Part shown: positions 48,015 through 53,367 of the stretch, piece after piece
How positions within the stretch are numbered: position 1 is the first letter of the stretch
Layout of the letters: the number at the start of each line of letters is the position of its first letter
Source of the DNA: Opitutus sp. GAS368
GTDB taxonomy: Bacteria; Verrucomicrobiota; Verrucomicrobiia; Opitutales; Opitutaceae
Direction: 5' to 3'
Assembly: GCA_945861645.1 (NCBI GenBank)
Contig: CAMAVZ010000012.1
Span: forward strand, 1-53,367
DNA length: 53,367 nt
Made by a program: the position numbers and the translations under genes
The notes under the pieces: generated by a model
Seen by the model: the letters and a program-made list of their open reading frames with translations, nothing else
Database searches by the model: none
What the model was told of the DNA's origin: nothing

Positions 48015-48251
48015 GGGTTAAGTCTATTCGAGTATTCATCCATAGATTACAAAGGGCACAAAAGACGTGCTGGTTGTTGAGTCTAACCATCAAACGCCAA
48101 CGCTCTTTTGTCTGCGGGACAAGTTGGAAAAACTCCTGCCACGTTTGAGTTAGCGAGAAAAAATACACTGACCGTAAAAATTTCCCTGCCAGCGGACTTT
48201 ACATCGCACCACCATTCGGACGGGTCTCGATGCCTTTTGGGAATCTAATAT

Positions 48252-51200
48252 ATGAGAACTAAAAACCTGATCTTACTAATTTTAGTTCTGCTGGGCGGAG
48301 CCCTCTTCATCCACCGACTCAAACCGGTTAAACCAAGCGCGCCAAAGCCAATCGCTACCAATAAAGCCGTCGATCCTGCTCAACAACCCTCAGCCCCCAC
48401 TTTTACCGCCCCGGTCATCCCTGCTGCCGCTCCACGCACCACTTTTACCGCCCCGGTCATCCCTGCTGCCGCTCCACACACCGCTTCCACCGCAACAACT
48501 GAAACCGACAAAATTCTGGCCGCTATTCCCGAAGGCCCCTTCAGGGAAAGCCTCATGCAAATTGTCGGGACCGCGAGAAATCAAGCCCTCACAAAACTGA
48601 TCCAGTTCAACCCGCCCAAAGAGGACTACGCCAGCCTCCGCGCCGACCAAAAAGGCGACCTCTTCTACGTCTGTAACCTTCCTCCTGAAGCCGCTCAAGC
48701 CGTCCAACCGATTCAAGACGAAACCACTGCCGTTGCCGCTCCCATTACCGGCGAAGCCGCCGTCCCTGTTGCTACCCCACCGGTTCGGCATTCGCGCCCC
48801 GGCTCCGCAAACGTTTTGTATCTCGATTTTAACGGCCACACCATCACCGGCACCACCTGGAATAGAGCCTCCACCAATCGACCCGCCGTAACCACCTACA
48901 GCGCCCTACCTTTCGATCTCGACAGCGACCCCACTACATTTAGCGACGCCGAACAAGCCTTCATTATCCAAGTCTGGGAACGCGTCGCCGAAGATTTCGC
49001 CCCGTTCAACCTCGACGTAACCACCGAAGAACCCGCCAATTTCACCAGCACCACCGGACGCGCCGTAATCACCAAAAGCACTGATGCCAACGGCGTCCTC
49101 ATGCCCAGCAGCACCGCCGGCGGCGTCGCCTACCTTGGCGTGTTCGGCGACCCACTCTACGCTACCGAAAAATCCCCTGCCTTCGTCTATTACAGAGATA
49201 ACCAGAATGCCGGCATCATCGCCGAAAAGACCGCGCACGAATTCGGCCACAACCTCGGCCTCTCCCACGACGGCACCACAAGTGGTAGCGAGTATTATAA
49301 CGGGCACGGCACCGGCGAAACCTCCTGGGGCCCACTCATGGGCACCGGTTATAACCGCAACGTCTCCCAATGGTGCAAAGGCGAATATTACTTGGCCAAT
49401 AACACCCAGGACGACCTCGCCATCATCGGCACCAAATGCCCACTCATCCCCGATGACGCCGGTAATACCATCGCCACCGCCATCCCGCTACCGGTTACAA
49501 GTGGTTCGTTCTCGATCACCGGACGCTTCAGCAACGCCACCGACATCGACCTCTATCGCGTAACCCTCCCAGCCGGCACCACCAATTTCTCCGTCGCCGG
49601 CTATCGTGCCGCGAGCGCCACCAACGGCGGCAACACCGATATCAAACTCGACCTCCTCGACAGTACCGACACCGTTCTCTTCTCCAACGATCTCCTCGAC
49701 GGCACACGAGCTGCACTCTCCTACACCGTGACCGCTGGCAACTACTACGTACGCCTCACTCCTGCCGGTGCCGGCAACCCCCTTTCCGCCACTCCGACCG
49801 GCTACACCACGTACGGCTCCATCGGACAATACACCCTGGCCGGCGCCAGCGTCACCCCCTCCGTCTCTGCCTTCACGACACACCCCGCCACTCAAACCGT
49901 TTACGCCACCGCCAGCGTCAGCTTTGACGTCGTCGCCACCGGCGCGCCCACGCCCACCTACCAGTGGAAATTCAACGGCAACGCCATTTCCGGAGCAACC
50001 AGCACCCGTTACACCATTGCCTCCACGGTCAACACGGACGCCGGAGCCTACACTGTCAGCGCAACCAATAGCCAGGGCACAACCACCAGCTTCACGGCCA
50101 CCCTGACCGTTACGCCCGCCATCACCCCCGCCATCACCACCCAACCCGTTTCACTGACCGTCACCGTCGGCAACAGCGCCACCTTCACCGTCGTCGCCAC
50201 AGGCGGGCCCGCCCCCACCTACCAGTGGAAACTCAACGGTACCGCCGTCCTAGGCGCCACCAACGCCACCTACACGATCGCAAGCACGGGCACAGGTAAT
50301 GCGGGCAGTTATACGGTGGTCGCTACTAATAGTAGTGGCACCGCCACTTCCTCTGCCGCAAGTCTTACGGTCAATCCAGCCCCGCCCGTTTTACCGCCGA
50401 CCCAAATGGTTATCACGGGCAAGACGGTCGCCCTGGGGATCGTCACTAGCACCACCGGCACGATCAAGTGGCAGGTGTCCACCGACAGTGGTTCGACCTA
50501 CACCGACCTCGCGGACAATGCGACTTACCGTGGCACCACGACAGCGGTCCTCGAGATCTTGCAGGCCACAAATGCCCTCAACAATAATCGCTACCGTTAT
50601 CAAGTAACCCTCAGTGGGCAAACCACTGCCAGTACGGCCACTACGCTGAGTGTTAAGCCGGCGTATTTACTGATGCCCGTGGGGATCAAAATTGATTCGG
50701 CGAACAATTTGTATGTCACCGACGCGGCCGCTCAGGTGGTTGTTAAAATCACGAGTGATTTCAAAATCGCCAGTCTCGCCGGCACCGCCATCGCCATGGG
50801 TTCCGCCGATGGCACGGGCACGGTCGCCCGCTTTAATGAACCGACTGACCTCGTGATCAACGACGATGGCAGCTTTCTCTTAACGGATACTAGCAATGCC
50901 TCCTTGCGCAAAGTGACGACCGCCGGCGTGGTCACAACTTTCGCGGGCACGAGTGGCAGCAAAGGCAGCGCGGATGGCACCGGCGCCGCGGCGCGCTTTT
51001 CTGCTCCTGTCGGCATTACCCGCGATACGGCGGGCAACGTTTACGTGGCGGACCAAACCAATCACGTGATTCGTCGTATCACTCCCGCGGGAGTTGTCAC
51101 CACCCTCGCCGGCACCGCCGGCACGGTGGGCTCCACCGACGGCACGGGCGCTGCGGCGCGCTTTAATTTGCCCACAGGAGTGGCGATGAATTCTGCCGAC

Positions 51201-52004
51201 CTACTCTACGTCGCTGATTTTGGCAGCCACACCCTGCGTAAAGTTACGAGCTCAGGCGTCGTGACGACGTTTGCCGGTACGGCGGGAACCAGTGGCTCTG
51301 TTGACGGCACCGGCACCGCGGCGCGCTTTAATAAACCAAGTGGTCTGGCGCTCGATACGGCGGGCAATCTTTACGTCGCCGATACCGGTAATTCTACGGT
51401 GCGCAAAGTTTCTCCAGCGGGAGTCGTCACCACCCTCGCCGGTTTATCCGCAATTGCTGGGTTGAAGGACGGTACGGGCGCACTGGCCTGGTTCAATGAA
51501 CCGGAAGGCGTGACCGCTGATGCCTCGGGTAATCTTTACCTCGCTGATACGGGCAATGCGGTGATCAGAAAAATTACCCCGGCAGGAGTGGTCACGACGC
51601 TCACGCTTACAGGTACGGTCCCAGTGATTACGACGCAGCCCGCGAGTGTCTCGGTCACGACGGGGAGTTCGGCTTCCCTGAGTGTTACCGCCAGCGGCGA
51701 CGGGGTCCTTACTTATCAATGGAAGAAAGACGGCACGGATGTTTCCGGCGCCACGACGGCAACCTATGCGATCAGTGCAACGAGTTCGACCTCGGCGGGA
51801 AGTTACACGGTGGTGGTCAGTAATTTTCTGGGGTCAGTCACGAGTTCGGCCGCTACGTTGACGGTCAATGCCGCGCCGGCCCCGCCTACGACCCCCCCCA
51901 GTAGTGGTGGCGGTGGCGGCGGCGGAGGTGGTGCGCCGAGCTATGGATTTCTCGCGCTCCTCGCGCTCTGGGCCTGGCGCCGTCGGCAGAGCTCGGTGGC
52001 TTGA
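48252..52004 (+). CDS. Large surface protein: zinc metallopeptidase domain, Ig-like domains, NHL repeats, GlyGly-CTERM-like anchor
   Basis: YLDFNG, HEFGHNLGLSHD metzincin motif; ITTQP..YQW..GSYTV Ig repeats; GSADGTGAAARF..YVAD NHL repeats; GGGGGGA-hydrophobic-RRR tail. Confidence 0.9.
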   Translation: MRTKNLILLILVLLGGALFIHRLKPVKPSAPKPIATNKAVDPAQQPSAPTFTAPVIPAAAPRTTFTAPVIPAAAPHTASTATTETDKILAAIPEGPFRESLMQIVGTARNQALTKLIQFNPPKEDYASLRADQKGDLFYVCNLPPEAAQAVQPIQDETTAVAAPITGEAAVPVATPPVRHSRPGSANVLYLDFNGHTITGTTWNRASTNRPAVTTYSALPFDLDSDPTTFSDAEQAFIIQVWERVAEDFAPFNLDVTTEEPANFTSTTGRAVITKSTDANGVLMPSSTAGGVAYLGVFGDPLYATEKSPAFVYYRDNQNAGIIAEKTAHEFGHNLGLSHDGTTSGSEYYNGHGTGETSWGPLMGTGYNRNVSQWCKGEYYLANNTQDDLAIIGTKCPLIPDDAGNTIATAIPLPVTSGSFSITGRFSNATDIDLYRVTLPAGTTNFSVAGYRAASATNGGNTDIKLDLLDSTDTVLFSNDLLDGTRAALSYTVTAGNYYVRLTPAGAGNPLSATPTGYTTYGSIGQYTLAGASVTPSVSAFTTHPATQTVYATASVSFDVVATGAPTPTYQWKFNGNAISGATSTRYTIASTVNTDAGAYTVSATNSQGTTTSFTATLTVTPAITPAITTQPVSLTVTVGNSATFTVVATGGPAPTYQWKLNGTAVLGATNATYTIASTGTGNAGSYTVVATNSSGTATSSAASLTVNPAPPVLPPTQMVITGKTVALGIVTSTTGTIKWQVSTDSGSTYTDLADNATYRGTTTAVLEILQATNALNNNRYRYQVTLSGQTTASTATTLSVKPAYLLMPVGIKIDSANNLYVTDAAAQVVVKITSDFKIASLAGTAIAMGSADGTGTVARFNEPTDLVINDDGSFLLTDTSNASLRKVTTAGVVTTFAGTSGSKGSADGTGAAARFSAPVGITRDTAGNVYVADQTNHVIRRITPAGVVTTLAGTAGTVGSTDGTGAAARFNLPTGVAMNSADLLYVADFGSHTLRKVTSSGVVTTFAGTAGTSGSVDGTGTAARFNKPSGLALDTAGNLYVADTGNSTVRKVSPAGVVTTLAGLSAIAGLKDGTGALAWFNEPEGVTADASGNLYLADTGNAVIRKITPAGVVTTLTLTGTVPVITTQPASVSVTTGSSASLSVTASGDGVLTYQWKKDGTDVSGATTATYAISATSSTSAGSYTVVVSNFLGSVTSSAATLTVNAAPAPPTTPPSSGGGGGGGGGAPSYGFLALLALWAWRRRQSSVA
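48397..48477 (+). repeat. In-frame 42-bp-period tandem duplication (TFTAPVIPAAAP x2)
   Basis: CCACTTTTACCGCCCCGGTCATCCCTGCTGCCGCTCCAC at 48397 and 48439. Confidence 0.9.
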
Positions 52005-52028
52005 TGGGCTAGGTTAGCTGATGGACAT

Positions 52029-52063
52029 AAAAAAACCCGTGAGCTTAGGGCCCACGGGTTTTT
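52029..52063. terminator. Bidirectional rho-independent terminator
   Basis: AAAAAACCCGTG..CACGGGTTTTT hairpin between convergent units. Confidence 0.85.
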
Positions 52064-52064
52064 G

Positions 52065-52086
52065 AAATTGGGTGCAGAGCTTGGAT
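52065..52086 (-). repeat. Exact 22-bp copy of the tRNA-Met 3' end and trailer
   Basis: AAATTGGGTGCAGAGCTTGGAT identical to 52406-52427. Confidence 0.9.
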
Positions 52087-52101
52087 CCCGCGGCCGCGGG
52101 A

Positions 52102-52359
52102 TTATGAGGCATACTCTTTCATTAAGGTATTCATGCCGTCGCCACCCTTTTGTCGCTTCATGATGTTCTCAAGGCGGCGTGCATCGCCCAGCGACATCGA
52201 CTGGCTCGTCCAGATTAGATCCCATGGTCGATACTTAGAGGTCCATTTGCTTGAACCTGCATTGTGTTGGGTCACACGGATCGCGACATTCCCGGTCACG
52301 CCGATATAGAGGCGGTCCGTCAAATTTCGCAGGACGTACACTTGATGTCGGAGGTTCAT
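52102..52359 (-). CDS. Small GIY-YIG nuclease family protein
   Basis: VYVLRN..LYIGVT..R..QHNAG..WT..YRPW..A...E..K. Confidence 0.9.
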   Translation of the reverse strand: MNLRHQVYVLRNLTDRLYIGVTGNVAIRVTQHNAGSSKWTSKYRPWDLIWTSQSMSLGDARRLENIMKRQKGGDGMNTLMKEYAS

Positions 52360-52370
52360 CGCCGAAAAAC

Positions 52371-52402
52371 AAAAAGTCCGGTAGCTGGTGGCCACCGGAC
52401 TT
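52371..52402 (-). terminator. Terminator of tRNA-Met
   Basis: AAGTCCGGT/ACCGGACTT stem followed by a T-run on the minus strand. Confidence 0.8.
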
Positions 52403-52409
52403 ATTAAAT

Positions 52410-52486
<77 letters not shown>

Positions 52487-52499
52487 TCAAGAGAGGGGC

Positions 52500-52528
52500 A
52501 ACGTGCTAACGGTGGTCTAGACTGTCAA
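52500..52528 (-). promoter_or_regulatory. Putative sigma-70 promoter of tRNA-Met
   Basis: TTGACA at 52528-52523, 17-bp spacer, CACGTT. Confidence 0.45.
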
Positions 52529-52762
52529 GCGGGCTTTTTTGCTCCTGCGGACGGCAAAAATACTGGGTCACTACTAGTCGAGTAAGACTCATGCAATGAC
52601 TAGGGGGTCAACAGACTGCGTTAATGCCTAATCGCAATCAGGCCACGCAGATCGAGCAAAGCCGCCGCGAAAATAAAAGTGAGCGCCAGCTTCTCGGGCC
52701 AGTGGCTGAATACCTGTTTACCTGTGCGGATGCGTTCGTTTATAATGAGTTAACATTTATCC

Positions 52763-53367
52763 ATGAAATCTGGCCTGACCATTAAGCGAATTAACTTTGA
52801 GGGGCTTGAGGCGATCGAGTTGCGCACGACCGCCCTGCGGCTTGTGGCGATTACGGCGCGCGGGCCGCGGGTGGCTTTTTTTGGCCGACCTGATGGCGAC
52901 AATTTACTGTACTGGGCTCCAGGTAAACATCGCCGCGGCAAATGGGATTTGCTCGGTGGCCATCGGCTGTGGGCGACGCGGCCCGGAGCGGATGAAGCCG
53001 AAGAGACTTACGCGGCCGACAATCAGCCCTGCGAAGTGGAGACCCATGCTCGGAGCATTACTTTAACGGGAGCGATTGATCCAGTGCAGCGTATTCAGCG
53101 TGGCTTTAAAATCACGTTACTTGAGTCCGACTGTATCGCGATCGATCATTTTGTGCGCAACGAAAGCGAGATGCTGTGGAGCGGCGGTTTGTGGGCGCTC
53201 ACTTGCACCGTGCCGACCAAGGAGACGCGCTATTTAGTTCCGCTCGGGGATGGTTCGTCGTGGGACAGCGCCACGATGGTCGGTTTTCGTACTTGGGGTG
53301 GCGGGCATGGCGGCGTGGGTTTTGATGATCCGCAATTTCAATTTACCCAAGACGCCTTTGTGCTGCA
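52763..53367 (+). CDS. Hypothetical protein, possibly DUF4380/aldose-epimerase-like (3'-truncated by window edge)
   Basis: Open frame from ATG 52763 to the end: MKSGLTIKRINFEGLEAIEL..GPRVAFFG..NLLYW..LGGHRLW..ETYAADNQP. Confidence 0.7.
   Translation, partial: MKSGLTIKRINFEGLEAIELRTTALRLVAITARGPRVAFFGRPDGDNLLYWAPGKHRRGKWDLLGGHRLWATRPGADEAEETYAADNQPCEVETHARSITLTGAIDPVQRIQRGFKITLLESDCIAIDHFVRNESEMLWSGGLWALTCTVPTKETRYLVPLGDGSSWDSATMVGFRTWGGGHGGVGFDDPQFQFTQDAFVL

Overview
Bacterial chromosomal window. Gene content and REP-like motifs suggest Verrucomicrobiota, probably Opitutales; this is an inference. Bases 1-38.5 kb are mostly housekeeping: cimA-like/leuB, a TorF-type porin with a sigma-54 promoter motif, an exbB-exbD-exbD-tonB-TPR operon with two coiled-coil genes, tRNA-Gln/Thr/Lys, rpmI-rplT-pheS-pheT, a PilZ-like pseudogene, gatCAB, a Tat-signal SOD, an M16 peptidase, nadK, tlyA, fpg, proC, folD and fabG-acpP-fabF. 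The most notable feature lies between the fabF stop and tRNA-Phe (38.5-46.6 kb). There, GC-rich, co-oriented, functionally unrelated blocks of 1.3-2.7 kb (lipid transferases, a TIR-TPR protein, a sulfatase, a sterol desaturase) plus a 74-bp fragment are each separated by a conserved ~39-bp direct repeat (5 copies) or a second ~45-bp repeat (2 copies). Several junctions cut through donor genes. No integrase or cas gene is in the window and the repeats do not look like attC or dif sites, so this may be an undescribed gene-capture array. The window ends with a variable region between the convergent tRNA-Phe and tRNA-Met genes. It holds a degenerate tRNA copy, an AT-rich pseudogene, a large metallopeptidase/Ig/NHL surface protein, and a GIY-YIG gene bracketed by duplicated tRNA 3' end plus terminator units.
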